Assembly (NCBI GenBank): GCA_045613315.1
Contig: JAZLAV010000007.1
Location: forward strand, 1,785 to 65,784
Reading direction: 5' to 3'
Origin: Candidatus Enterousia sp.
GTDB taxonomy: Bacteria; Pseudomonadota; Alphaproteobacteria; Rs-D84
Length of the DNA: 64,000 nucleotides
Positions 9,220-17,492 of this stretch are shown here, piece by piece; the first letter of the stretch is position 1, and every line of letters starts with the position of its first letter. The position numbers and the translations under genes were made by a program. The notes below the pieces were generated by a model, which made no database searches, had not been told where the DNA came from, and was given only the letters and a program-made list of their open reading frames with translations.

Positions 9220-10050
9220 ATCAACCGCGACGATGAATATTTTTGCCCGGTTTGCTTCGCGTATTACATTTTCGCGGTCAACAACGAAACATGTTTTTGT
9301 GTTGACCACAATTCCGCGAATGTGCGCCGCCGCAACGGCGTGCACGGTATCAACGCCAATGGCCGGAATGTCGATGCGTAAATCTTGGCCCGGCTTGGTC
9401 ATTTTGGCAAAGACCCCACTTGGGTGGCGTTTGTTTTTGCGCATTTCAACAACCCGATCCAGCATTCGCGCGGTGCCTTCGGCGGCTTCGACTGCGATGA
9501 CCTGTTTGTCGACAACGACCGATGCACCGATGTCCATTTCACCGATTGTATGTGATACTTCCATGGCGCGACGAATATCCGCCATATCCGATTTTGTGGG
9601 TTTGGTTTTTGTCTGGATGCCGGCGTTTTCAAATGTTAATTCCGGTGCTAAATCCTGGGCAGCCAGGACACTGAATCCACGTTTTTCCAATACCTTGTTT
9701 AAAGTGACCGCCATTGAATCGTACCCCCGTTGGTTTTTCATAATGCTTAACAATGCGCCCAGCGACCACAAATCGGGGCGAATGTCATAAAGGTTTGGGT
9801 GCCCAATCGCACCAACAAATGTTAAATTTTTTATACCGCGACGCCGAAATTCGCGTACCGCACGACCCGCGCCACCCAATCGTACAACAATGTCGGGATT
9901 TAATGCCGGATCAACAAAGTTTTTAAGGCCGACAACATACACGTCCCAACCCGCACGACGCAACGCGTCACGCGTAAAGAACGGTAATTGTAATGCGCCG
10001 GCAACCAGTGCAATTTTTTTGTCGCCTGTTTGATTTTTGATTTTTGTCAT
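9217..10050 (-). CDS. lpxI: UDP-2,3-diacylglucosamine pyrophosphatase LpxI (DUF1009 family)
   Basis: N-terminal IALVAGALQLPF. Overall LpxI-like pattern including DIGASVVV and DIPAIGVDTV. Confidence 0.7.
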   Translation of the reverse strand: MTKIKNQTGDKKIALVAGALQLPFFTRDALRRAGWDVYVVGLKNFVDPALNPDIVVRLGGAGRAVREFRRRGIKNLTFVGAIGHPNLYDIRPDLWSLGALLSIMKNQRGYDSMAVTLNKVLEKRGFSVLAAQDLAPELTFENAGIQTKTKPTKSDMADIRRAMEVSHTIGEMDIGASVVVDKQVIAVEAAEGTARMLDRVVEMRKNKRHPSGVFAKMTKPGQDLRIDIPAIGVDTVHAVAAAHIRGIVVNTKTCFVVDRENVIREANRAKIFIVAVD

Positions 10051-10138
10051 AATGTTAAATGGTACGCATAAATCGGGCTGGAATCAAGTTGCAATTTATG
10101 ATAATATTTGTATAAAGTAAAAATTGGGTGTAATGCAT

Positions 10139-10903
10139 ATGAAAAAAATATCTTGTTTAGTTGTTGCGTTGTTGGTGGCTATGCCGGCACACGCGAAATA
10201 CAGTGACAGACAATTCCGGTCAGAAGTTGCACGTGGCATAGATATCGTTGGCGCGGAATTAAATGTCGACGTAATACCAGATGATGCACCGGGTGCATTG
10301 GGACGCGATGTGTACCAGAAGGTTGGTACCGCCGACAATTCCGGTATAACAATGTTTATTCCGACAACAATGTATGTGCGTGCGGGGGCGGGGTTGAATT
10401 TGCCATTTGCAACCGATTATGCCGGTGTTGGTAATGAAAAGCATTCGTCCAGTGGTTCGTACACCGCGCAAATTGGCCTGGGGTGGAATTTGTCATCGTA
10501 TGTGCGTACGGAAATTGACGCACAAACGTCAACATTTACATTTTCCAATGTGAAAAATCGTGTGGCCAATTATCAAACGTTGGGCGGAATGCTGTATTTT
10601 GATTTGGCGCGTCGGTATGTTCAAACGGGTGATATTACGCGTATGCGTCATTTTGTACCATTTATTGGTGTCGGTGCGGGGTTCGGCCATTATGAATTCG
10701 AAGGTGCGGGCGGTTCAGATGGGTTTGTTATTGCGGCACCACGTGCAACGTTCGGGTTTAATATAATGCTGACCGATTTAATCGGTATTGATGTTGCGTA
10801 CCAATATCAAATGATGATTGGTAATGGGTTTGGGTGGAATGTTCGCCATGGTGGTGTTGATAACGTCAGCAACATTATCGCGTCATTTCGTGTAAATTTC
10901 TGA
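10139..10903 (+). CDS. outer-membrane beta-barrel protein
   Basis: Signal peptide MKKISCLVVALLVAMPAHA, alternating-hydrophobic strands, aromatic C-terminus FRVNF. Confidence 0.7.
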   Translation: MKKISCLVVALLVAMPAHAKYSDRQFRSEVARGIDIVGAELNVDVIPDDAPGALGRDVYQKVGTADNSGITMFIPTTMYVRAGAGLNLPFATDYAGVGNEKHSSSGSYTAQIGLGWNLSSYVRTEIDAQTSTFTFSNVKNRVANYQTLGGMLYFDLARRYVQTGDITRMRHFVPFIGVGAGFGHYEFEGAGGSDGFVIAAPRATFGFNIMLTDLIGIDVAYQYQMMIGNGFGWNVRHGGVDNVSNIIASFRVNF

Positions 10904-10916
10904 TGGGGTGAAAGAT

Positions 10917-11579
10917 ATGAAAACAAAATTCTTGATTGGTGCATTATGTTTAATTGCGACATCTGCGAACGCGGCGATTCCGTATCGCGTGCGCCAGGTG
11001 ACAACCCCGCCGGCCGAAATCCCGGGCGGTAATGACGACGAGGCCTTTGCCCGTGTTCACCGATTTTATGTCGGTGGTATGTATGATTTTTCAATGTGGC
11101 AATCATATACAGACAGCGCCGATAAACATTTTAGCGGTAAAAACACATCGTCGTTTGATGTGGTTGCTGGTATTCGCATATATGATACATTCCGGTTGGA
11201 AGCGAACTATACACGTACCCGTGCAGAATTTAGTGATATTAATAGTGATATTAAACTGGATGGGAATACCGTTTTCCTTAATGCGTTTGCGGATGCTCGT
11301 ATCGATAGTATGTATCGTTTGTTTCACTCGCAACATTTGGTGCCGTATGTCGGTGCCGGCGTTGGTTTAAGCGGGAACAAGGCGGATAATGCAAAAATTG
11401 ACGACAAAATAAGCCCCGCGGTCGCGGTGATGGCTGGATTGGGTATCGAATTGGGTGAATATTTCACAATTGATGCGGGATATCGTTATATGTATATGTT
11501 TTCACCAAAATTCAATGTCGTGGATGGGCTGAACCCGACTGCACATCAGTTCCGTATTGGTGCGCGTGTTAATTTTTAG
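10917..11579 (+). CDS. outer-membrane beta-barrel protein (paralogue of the preceding gene)
   Basis: Signal peptide MKTKFLIGALCLIATSANA and C-terminal GARVNF. I preferred ATG 10917 after GGGGTGAAAG to the track's GTG at 10908. Confidence 0.7.
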   Translation: MKTKFLIGALCLIATSANAAIPYRVRQVTTPPAEIPGGNDDEAFARVHRFYVGGMYDFSMWQSYTDSADKHFSGKNTSSFDVVAGIRIYDTFRLEANYTRTRAEFSDINSDIKLDGNTVFLNAFADARIDSMYRLFHSQHLVPYVGAGVGLSGNKADNAKIDDKISPAVAVMAGLGIELGEYFTIDAGYRYMYMFSPKFNVVDGLNPTAHQFRIGARVNF

Positions 11580-11585
11580 TCCAAA

Positions 11586-12509
11586 ATGAAAAGATGTCCG
11601 TTTTTTGGTATTTGTGGTGGATGTAAATATGATTTTACATCGGCCGATTATCACGAACAAAAATTGTCCGTGTTGCGCGATTTACCGGTAATGGATAATC
11701 CCCGGTGGGTCGATGCGGGAACGCGTCGCCGTGGGGATTTTTGCTTTGCCGGGAATCAGTTTGGTTTATTCGAAACGCGGTCCAAAAACATTGTACCGGT
11801 GCGCAACTGTCCAAATATGGTACCGGAAATAAATGCGATTTTGCCACGCGTGGCAACGTTGCCGTGGGGCGCGTCGGGGTCTTGTTTAATTACCGCATGT
11901 GAAAACGGAATTGATATTGTGATAAATGCCGATGTGCCGTATTTTACGCCCGAATTCAAATCGGCGGCGTCGCAGGTCGGCGCGATTCGCGTTGTGTGGA
12001 ACGATAAAACAGTTGTCCAATTTGCCCTGCCAATAATCAAATTTGATGATGTTGCGGTGGATTATCCACCAAATGCGTTTTTACAACCCGGTCGCCAGGG
12101 CGAATCGATATTGCGCGAAATGGTTGTTGATGCGGTTGGCCAATCTGGACATGTTGCAGATTTGTTTTGTGGCCTGGGCAGTTTTACATTTGCAACGGGT
12201 GCCGATGGATTTGATATTGTTGGGGCGGGGGTCAAACGCGATTTGTTCGCGCATCCGTTAACCGTCGGGATGCTGAAAAAATATGATTGTGTGATAATGG
12301 ATCCGCCTCGCGCGGGCGCATTGGCCCAGTGTCGTGAATTGGTTAAATCGGATGTTCCACGCATTGTATATGTTTCGTGTAATCCGCAAACATTTGTGCG
12401 TGATATGAACATATTGGTGCGTGGTGGGTATAAGATGTGTAAACTGGTTCCAGTTGACCAATTTGTTGGCAGTGCCCATTGGGAATTATTTTCTGTATTT
12501 GATAAATAA
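11586..12509 (+). CDS. RumA/TrmA-family RNA (uracil-5)-methyltransferase
   Basis: N-terminal Fe-S cysteines CPFFGICGGCKY, SAM-fold motifs DLFCGLGSF and VIMDPPRAG, and catalytic YVSCNPQT. Confidence 0.8.
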   Translation: MKRCPFFGICGGCKYDFTSADYHEQKLSVLRDLPVMDNPRWVDAGTRRRGDFCFAGNQFGLFETRSKNIVPVRNCPNMVPEINAILPRVATLPWGASGSCLITACENGIDIVINADVPYFTPEFKSAASQVGAIRVVWNDKTVVQFALPIIKFDDVAVDYPPNAFLQPGRQGESILREMVVDAVGQSGHVADLFCGLGSFTFATGADGFDIVGAGVKRDLFAHPLTVGMLKKYDCVIMDPPRAGALAQCRELVKSDVPRIVYVSCNPQTFVRDMNILVRGGYKMCKLVPVDQFVGSAHWELFSVFDK

Positions 12510-12539
12510 AAAAACGCCGCCGTTTCCGGCGGTGTTTTC
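12507..12539. terminator. bidirectional intrinsic terminator
   Basis: ACGCCGCCG-TTTC-CGGCGGTGT stem with an A-run before and a T-run after. It serves the methyltransferase gene (+) and the sRNA candidate (-). Confidence 0.75.
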
Positions 12540-12680
12540 CGAATGCTCTTGAAAGGAAGGAAAGGAGAAAAAGAAATAGAGCATTCTTAACTTGTGTGGG
12601 GCCCAGAGCTCAGAGGAGAGAGAATGTAGGAGGGAGTCTGAATCCCTGAACCCCGTGTCGTTGGGTTTAACCCCTTGGAC
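12510..12680 (-). ncRNA. candidate small RNA (about 170 nt) with anti-Shine-Dalgarno tracts
   Basis: Minus-strand promoter TTGACA (12715-12710), 17-nt spacer, TATATT (12692-12687), and the terminator at 12507-12539. No ORF. It has a GAAUGCUCU/AGAGCAUUC stem with a C/U-rich loop plus CUCCCUCCU and CUCUCCUCU tracts. Confidence 0.5.
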
Positions 12681-12882
12681 AGTTATAATATAAGACAACA
12701 AAAGTTATTTGTCAAGTATTTTGTCAAAAATATTTTTTGGGTGGGTTTTTGTTGCTGCGTTTTTGTGAAAAATGCCGAAAATTCAATATGTTCCTAGGAA
12801 ATGGTGCCTGTTGCGAAACGGGGGGTGTTGGCATAAAATCGTTGGTGAATAAAAAATTTTTTGGCAAAACGGGGGGGACAAA

Positions 12883-13128
12883 ATGACACATGACGAAGTA
12901 TGGCGCGCCATAGAACGATTCGCAACGGAACACGGGATGACTTGTTCGGGGTTGGCAAAATGCAGCGGGTTGGACCCAACAACATTTAATCGCAGTAAAC
13001 GTTGGTCCCGCGCCGGCCAGCCACGTTGGCCATCGACCAACAGTATTTCCAAGATTTTGGCGTCAACGGGATCTTCTATACGCGATTTTACCAAATATAT
13101 TGATATGCCACCGCCCGAACACGAATAA
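12883..13128 (+). CDS. HTH DNA-binding protein resembling the N-terminal domain of S24 (CI/LexA-like) phage repressors, without a peptidase domain
   Basis: The pattern VWRAIERFATEHGMTCSGLAKCSGLDPTTFNRSKR...RWPSTNSISKILASTGSS is typical of alphaproteobacterial prophage-repressor N-termini. At only 81 aa it has no S24 domain. Confidence 0.6.
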   Translation: MTHDEVWRAIERFATEHGMTCSGLAKCSGLDPTTFNRSKRWSRAGQPRWPSTNSISKILASTGSSIRDFTKYIDMPPPEHE

Positions 13129-13134
13129 ATTTAT

Positions 13135-13638
13135 ATGGTTGATATTATTTACCACAATGTTTGTATGTTGTGGTATTTTTTATGGACAACGCAAAATATA
13201 TACTTTATTCTGAACGGTATGTTAAAAGGGATTCGGGTTTATTCCGCCGACAATGTGTGGCGTAACATATTGCGTGATTTGGGCGCAACGGTGTTGGATG
13301 CGCCAACAAATACGGATGTGAACCTGGATTCGTTAAGTATAACGATGCCGATATCCCCATTGGATTTAAAGGCCGCACTTATTACGGCGGCGGACAATTC
13401 GCAAATTATTCGTGATATATTCGGCGCAAATGCACATTTGTCTTATTTGCACACGCAGATTGTTGCGCAACTTTATAAATCGGGCGGTATGGATACAACA
13501 CAACTGAAAACGTCGTTGGGATACAGTGCGGATGCCACAACACATACGGTTGATACGGCAATTTACCAATTGCGTAAAATGTACGGACACAATTTTATCG
13601 TTAATGAAAACGGGGTGTACAAGATTGGTAAATTATAG
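13135..13638 (+). CDS. OmpR/PhoB-type winged-helix DNA-binding protein with a non-receiver N-terminus
   Basis: The C-terminus THTVDTAIYQLRKMYGHNFIVNENGVYKI matches the trans_reg_C recognition helix and wing. The start is uncertain; the alternative is ATG 13219. Confidence 0.55.
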   Translation: MVDIIYHNVCMLWYFLWTTQNIYFILNGMLKGIRVYSADNVWRNILRDLGATVLDAPTNTDVNLDSLSITMPISPLDLKAALITAADNSQIIRDIFGANAHLSYLHTQIVAQLYKSGGMDTTQLKTSLGYSADATTHTVDTAIYQLRKMYGHNFIVNENGVYKIGKL

Positions 13639-14296
13639 GGTTGTTTCTTTTGATAAAATCCCCAGTACGCAAACATATGCGCACGATATGATTGCGGCGG
13701 GAATTGGCGCGGATCATGTTGTGGTTTTGGCGGATGCACAATCGGCTGGACGTGGTCGTTATCAACGCAAATGGGTTTCGCATCATGGTAATTTGTATGC
13801 AAGTTTTATATACGCATGTGAAGAACGTGACGCGCGGTTGGCATATTCGGTTGGCGTCGCGATTGCAGAAACGCTGATTTCGTTTGGTGTTCATGCAACA
13901 ATTAAATGGCCGAACGATATTTTGGTCGATGACAAGAAAATTTCTGGTACACTTATTGAATATTCTGGACGGTTTGTTGTTGTTGGAATTGGTATAAACA
14001 TAAAAACGAATCCCACGGTTCGGGCGTCGTATAAAACGACCAAAATGGATAACTTTGTATCCGTCACCCGGGACGAGGTGTTAAATAAACTTATGCGTAA
14101 TCTGGATCGGTGGCGCAACGCTGATTTTCGTGTCGTGCGTGCACGGTGGACCGAATTGGCAACGGGACTTAATCACAATGTAAAATATCAGGGCGAATCG
14201 GCCGAGCTGATCGGAATAAATGAAAATGGTGCACTTATATTGCGCCGAAAAAGCCGTTATTTATTGGTGTATGGCGATGAAATAATAATGGAATAG
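13604..14296 (+). CDS. birA: biotin-[acetyl-CoA-carboxylase] ligase (group I, no HTH)
   Basis: FDKIPSTQTYA, the signature GRGRYQRKWVS, and KWPNDILVDDKKISGTLIE. The start is uncertain between ATG 13604 and TTG 13625. Confidence 0.85.
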   Translation: MKTGCTRLVNYRVVSFDKIPSTQTYAHDMIAAGIGADHVVVLADAQSAGRGRYQRKWVSHHGNLYASFIYACEERDARLAYSVGVAIAETLISFGVHATIKWPNDILVDDKKISGTLIEYSGRFVVVGIGINIKTNPTVRASYKTTKMDNFVSVTRDEVLNKLMRNLDRWRNADFRVVRARWTELATGLNHNVKYQGESAELIGINENGALILRRKSRYLLVYGDEIIME

Positions 14297-14307
14297 AAAT
14301 ATACATC

Positions 14308-14336
14308 TTGACTTTTATGTCAATTTGTGATATTAT
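14308..14336 (+). promoter_or_regulatory. sigma70-type promoter of the phage-like operon
   Basis: TTGACT (14308-14313), 17-nt spacer, TATTAT (14331-14336). Confidence 0.6.
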
Positions 14337-14362
14337 GTGAGACATCAAAGATAGAGATTTTG

Positions 14363-14418
14363 TCCGCACGAGAGTGTGGATTTTTTAATTCCGCGACCCA
14401 TTATCGGGTCGCTTTTTT
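14363..14418 (+). terminator. two tandem intrinsic terminators in the operon leader
   Basis: Hairpin 1 is TCCGCAC-GAGA-GTGTGGA followed by TTTTTT (14363-14386). Hairpin 2 is GCGACCC-ATTATC-GGGTCGC followed by TTTTTT (14393-14418). Both lie between the promoter and the first RBS. Confidence 0.65.
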
Positions 14419-14445
14419 ATTTACCAATCCACAGGAGAAAGAATA

Positions 14446-14865
14446 ATGGAATTGAACATAATATCAAATCCAGATGTCACCCAATGTCCCGCGTATAAAA
14501 TTGCGCGCGTTATATATGCAGAAACATATATGCCAACATTACCAGCAGTCGAAGCGATGGCGTCAATGATTTCCAATATTGCCAAACAATCAAATCGTGA
14601 TGTTGTTGATGTCGTTGATGATGTTGATATATTCGGGGCCGTTGATTCGAAATCGCCGCGTCATAAATATATGAACGTTTCGGTATCGAACCGCGCGTTC
14701 CAGATGTGTGTGCGTGTTGCAAAACGTATGTTGCGTGGTGTGTTGCCGGATAAATGTTCCGGCGCAACGCGATTCCATCGGGCGGACGAATTGCCTGCGT
14801 GGGCGATGGCACGTGGATATATTGCCGATATTGATGGATTACTGTTTTACATAATGGGGGAATGA
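14446..14865 (+). CDS. cell-wall hydrolase (SleB/Hydrolase_2-like), putative endolysin
   Basis: ARVIYAET..., ...GATRFHRADELPAWA... and YIADIDGLLFY follow the SleB-type hydrolase pattern. RBS is AGGAGAAAG. Confidence 0.6.
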   Translation: MELNIISNPDVTQCPAYKIARVIYAETYMPTLPAVEAMASMISNIAKQSNRDVVDVVDDVDIFGAVDSKSPRHKYMNVSVSNRAFQMCVRVAKRMLRGVLPDKCSGATRFHRADELPAWAMARGYIADIDGLLFYIMGE

Positions 14866-15059
14866 TGCGGGGTGATTTTATTCGTGGCGGAATGTTGTCA
14901 GATAAAAAATCATATGTGATGTTTGGGGTCGGTGTATTATCCGCCATTGCATCATATTTGGTTGGCGACACCGATGTATTCGTTATGTGCCAGGCAATAT
15001 TTACATTGGCGGGTATGTATTTTATTCATAAATCTGATAATACAAACAAAGGGAAATGA
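14862..15059 (+). CDS. holin-like small membrane protein (2 TM)
   Basis: Its start overlaps the hydrolase stop (ATGA). Two hydrophobic segments, VMFGVGVLSAIASYLVG and VFVMCQAIFTLAGMYFI, and a charged C-terminus. Confidence 0.5.
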   Translation: MMRGDFIRGGMLSDKKSYVMFGVGVLSAIASYLVGDTDVFVMCQAIFTLAGMYFIHKSDNTNKGK

Positions 15060-15060
15060 T

Positions 15061-15717
15061 ATGGAAAAAATACCAGAAAAGTTTTTGAACGGTGATGGTA
15101 CACTTAATTCAGATTCGTTATTAAAATCATATAATGAATTGGAAAAGAAAATTGGAACAATGGTGTCCGTGCCAAATTCTGAATCAGATGACGCGACACG
15201 TATGCGGTTTAATCGCGCCATTGGCGTTCCAGATGATACGGCACAATATCCAACCAACGATATGTTTGATGACGAATCGGTTCGACAAAAATTTCGTGAA
15301 ATCGGATTAACCTGTCCACAAGTTGAGCAAATATACAAAATTGCGAACGAATATTTATTACCGCTGTTATCAGATTTATTTGCAATGCAAAATGAAACAA
15401 ATGCATACCAAGAATTGAAAAATTTTTTCGGGTCCACTGAAAAAATGAATGACGCATTACATGCCATAGATGCGTTCGGAAATAAATTTTTACCACACGA
15501 TGCATTTGATGTGTTGTGTTCTACACCTGCCGGAATCCAAGGCGTGTACAAGATGATGCAATCGATGGAACCACATGTTGAAACACAAAAAAATGAAAAC
15601 GAAAATTTAACAGATAATGATTTACGACGTATGATGCGCGATCCAAAATATTGGCGTGACAATGATCCAGAATATGTTCGCAAAATCGAAAATGGTTTTA
15701 AAAAATTGTATTCATAA
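15061..15717 (+). CDS. acidic scaffolding-like protein
   Basis: ATG lies 2 nt after the holin-like stop. The protein is acidic and predicted helical, and it sits before the capsid gene as T7 gp9 does. Confidence 0.45.
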   Translation: MEKIPEKFLNGDGTLNSDSLLKSYNELEKKIGTMVSVPNSESDDATRMRFNRAIGVPDDTAQYPTNDMFDDESVRQKFREIGLTCPQVEQIYKIANEYLLPLLSDLFAMQNETNAYQELKNFFGSTEKMNDALHAIDAFGNKFLPHDAFDVLCSTPAGIQGVYKMMQSMEPHVETQKNENENLTDNDLRRMMRDPKYWRDNDPEYVRKIENGFKKLYS

Positions 15718-15825
15718 AATAAAAAAATTCACTTTCTGCTTTACTATTTTTTTTCTTTCATATAAAATGGAAGTAAGAACAAAGAAAAATTTTGTTCTAT
15801 CCAAAAACAATGAAAGGAGAGAAGA

Positions 15826-16125
15826 ATGGCATTCACATTCTTGAAACCAGCTGCGAAAAAAACTGCTGCAAAGCCAGCGGCGAAACCGGCTGCAAAAAAA
15901 CCGGCTGCTAAAAAAGTAGCTGCAAAAAAACCAGCTGCAAAGAAACCAGTTGCAAAGAAACCAGTTGCAAAAAAACCGGTTGCTAAAAAAGCAGTTGCAA
16001 AGAAACCAGTTGCTAAAAAAGTAGCTGCGAAAAAGCCAGTTGCAAAAAAAGCCGCGGTTAAAAAACCAGTTGCTAAAAAAGCAGTTGCGAAAAAACCATG
16101 CGCAAAATGTGCAAAGAAAAAATAA
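15826..16125 (+). CDS. Lys/Ala/Pro-rich histone H1-like basic protein
   Basis: RBS AAAGGAGAGAAGA. 99 aa made almost entirely of (P/V)AAKK-type repeats, ending [10 protein letters not shown]. Confidence 0.7.
   Translation: MAFTFLKPAAKKTAAKPAAKPAAKKPAAKKVAAKKPAAKKPVAKKPVAKKPVAKKAVAKKPVAKKVAAKKPVAKKAAVKKPVAKKAVAKKPCAKCAKKK
15841..16110 (+). repeat. coding tandem repeat (about 15-nt units, AAGAAACCAGTTGCA-like)
   Basis: Visible repetition of GCAAAGAAACCAGTT / GCTAAAAAAGCAGTT units encoding the [10 protein letters not shown] repeats. Confidence 0.8.
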
Positions 16126-16155
16126 TAAATACCACAATTGTGGTTGTTATTTTCG

Positions 16156-16179
16156 GGGCCGGTTTTCCGGCCCTTTTTT
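16156..16179 (+). terminator. intrinsic terminator
   Basis: GGGCCGG-TTTT-CCGGCCC followed by TTTTTT. Confidence 0.7.
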
Positions 16180-16365
16180 GTTAAAACAATATCAGTCAGA
16201 TTTGCGCAGGTCTGACTGATACTGTTGTTGGACAATCCCGTTTGGGGACCCGTTTGAATTTTTGTTTGTGGCACAGTTTTTCTGTACAACCAAAAACAAA
16301 ATATAAATTGTCGTGCGATGTTTAATCGCACTTTTTCATTTTATAAACACAAAAGGGGTGTATCT

Positions 16366-17181
16366 ATGTCAGTTAGCATAGACCAAGTCTTCGTAAAACA
16401 ATTCGAAGCAGATGTTCATTTGGCTTATCAGCAAATGGGCACAAAATTGCGTTCGTCTGTACGCAGCAAATCGGGCGTCGTTGGCGCAACAACAACCTTT
16501 CAGAAGGTTGGCAAAGGAATCGCCAGTACAAAATCACGTCATGGCATTGTTCCGGTTATGAATCTTAATCATGAACCGGTGGAATGCACATTGGTTGATT
16601 ACTATGCGGGTGATTGGGTTGATGCGTTGGATGAATTGAAAACAAATGTCGATGAACGTCGTGTTGTTGCCGCCGCCGGCGCGTATGCGTTGGGACGCAA
16701 AACAGACGAATTGATTGTTGATGCAATGAAAACAACAACAACCAATGTCGGCAGTTATTCCAATGCTTTTTCCAAAGCGTCGATTTTGGAAGCCATCGAA
16801 CAACTGAATGAAAACGATGTGCCGGATGATGGTCGCCGTTTCGCGGTTGTTGGTGTGCAACAGTGGAATATATTGTTGGGGTTGGATGAATTCGTGTCGG
16901 CGGATTATGTTGGTGATACGCCACTTGCCACCGGGTTCGAATCGAAAAAATGGTTGGGCATTACATGGTTAATGTACAACGGTTTGCCGTTAAGTGGCAC
17001 GCAACGCGATTGCTTTATTTATCACGCGTCCAGTATCGGACACGCCTGTGGCCAAGAAGTCAAAACAGACATTTCGTGGCACGGTGAACGCGCAGCACAC
17101 TTTATCAGCAACAGCATGTCCCAAGGCGCCGTGTTAATAGACAACGACGGTATTGTGCGGGTCAAATGTAAAGAATCATAA
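16366..17181 (+). CDS. major capsid protein, T7 gp10-like
   Basis: RBS AAAGGGG. The blocks VFVKQFEADVHLAY...TFQKVG and VECTLVDYYAGDWVDALDELK...AAAGAYALGRKTDELIV parallel T7 gp10 as I recall it. Confidence 0.65.
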   Translation: MSVSIDQVFVKQFEADVHLAYQQMGTKLRSSVRSKSGVVGATTTFQKVGKGIASTKSRHGIVPVMNLNHEPVECTLVDYYAGDWVDALDELKTNVDERRVVAAAGAYALGRKTDELIVDAMKTTTTNVGSYSNAFSKASILEAIEQLNENDVPDDGRRFAVVGVQQWNILLGLDEFVSADYVGDTPLATGFESKKWLGITWLMYNGLPLSGTQRDCFIYHASSIGHACGQEVKTDISWHGERAAHFISNSMSQGAVLIDNDGIVRVKCKES

Positions 17182-17205
17182 ACATAAAAAATAAATGGGG
17201 AAAAA

Positions 17206-17436
17206 ATGGCATTTCAAAATAAAAGTTTGTCTGTAATTGCATATGCAAATGGTTTTACATTGTGGCACTATGCCGCCGACGAAACGTTAGCGACGATTAC
17301 GACCGCCGGATATTTCAATTCCGTGAAAACGTTGATGAATATTGGCGATATTGTAATTGTTAATGGTTCCGATGACACGTCAATCAAGGTTGTTGGTGTC
17401 GCGAACGATAATATAACACTGGGTGCGTTGGCATAA
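17206..17436 (+). CDS. hypothetical small virion-module protein (76 aa)
   Basis: Lies between the capsid and adaptor genes. RBS GGGGAAAAA. No family recognised. Confidence 0.5.
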   Translation: MAFQNKSLSVIAYANGFTLWHYAADETLATITTAGYFNSVKTLMNIGDIVIVNGSDDTSIKVVGVANDNITLGALA

Positions 17437-17492
17437 AATCAGGGGGTGGCAAATCGCCGCCCCCGGTAATTATTGTAAAAAAAGGCGGGAAA

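Noticed and set aside
12510-12680. Identity of the sRNA candidate as SRP (4.5S) RNA, tmRNA or 6S RNA
   Set aside because: I could not find the SRP helix-8 GGAA tetraloop and symmetric-loop motif, a tRNA-like acceptor/T-arm ending in CCA, or a 6S-type end-to-end rod. The GGAAGGAAAGGAG stretch lies on the non-transcribed strand relative to the promoter and terminator pair.
14510-15683. Minus-strand ORFs of 153 and 243 aa overlapping the hydrolase, holin-like and scaffold genes
   Set aside because: They are antisense to a tightly coupled plus-strand operon with RBSs and family motifs. No independent support.
15712-16331. Two minus-strand ORFs (141 and 195 aa) rich in F/C/W/A/G repeats
   Set aside because: They are the antisense reading of the AAG/GCN-rich Lys/Ala repeat gene (15826..16125). 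The repetitive low-complexity translation is an artefact of that repeat.
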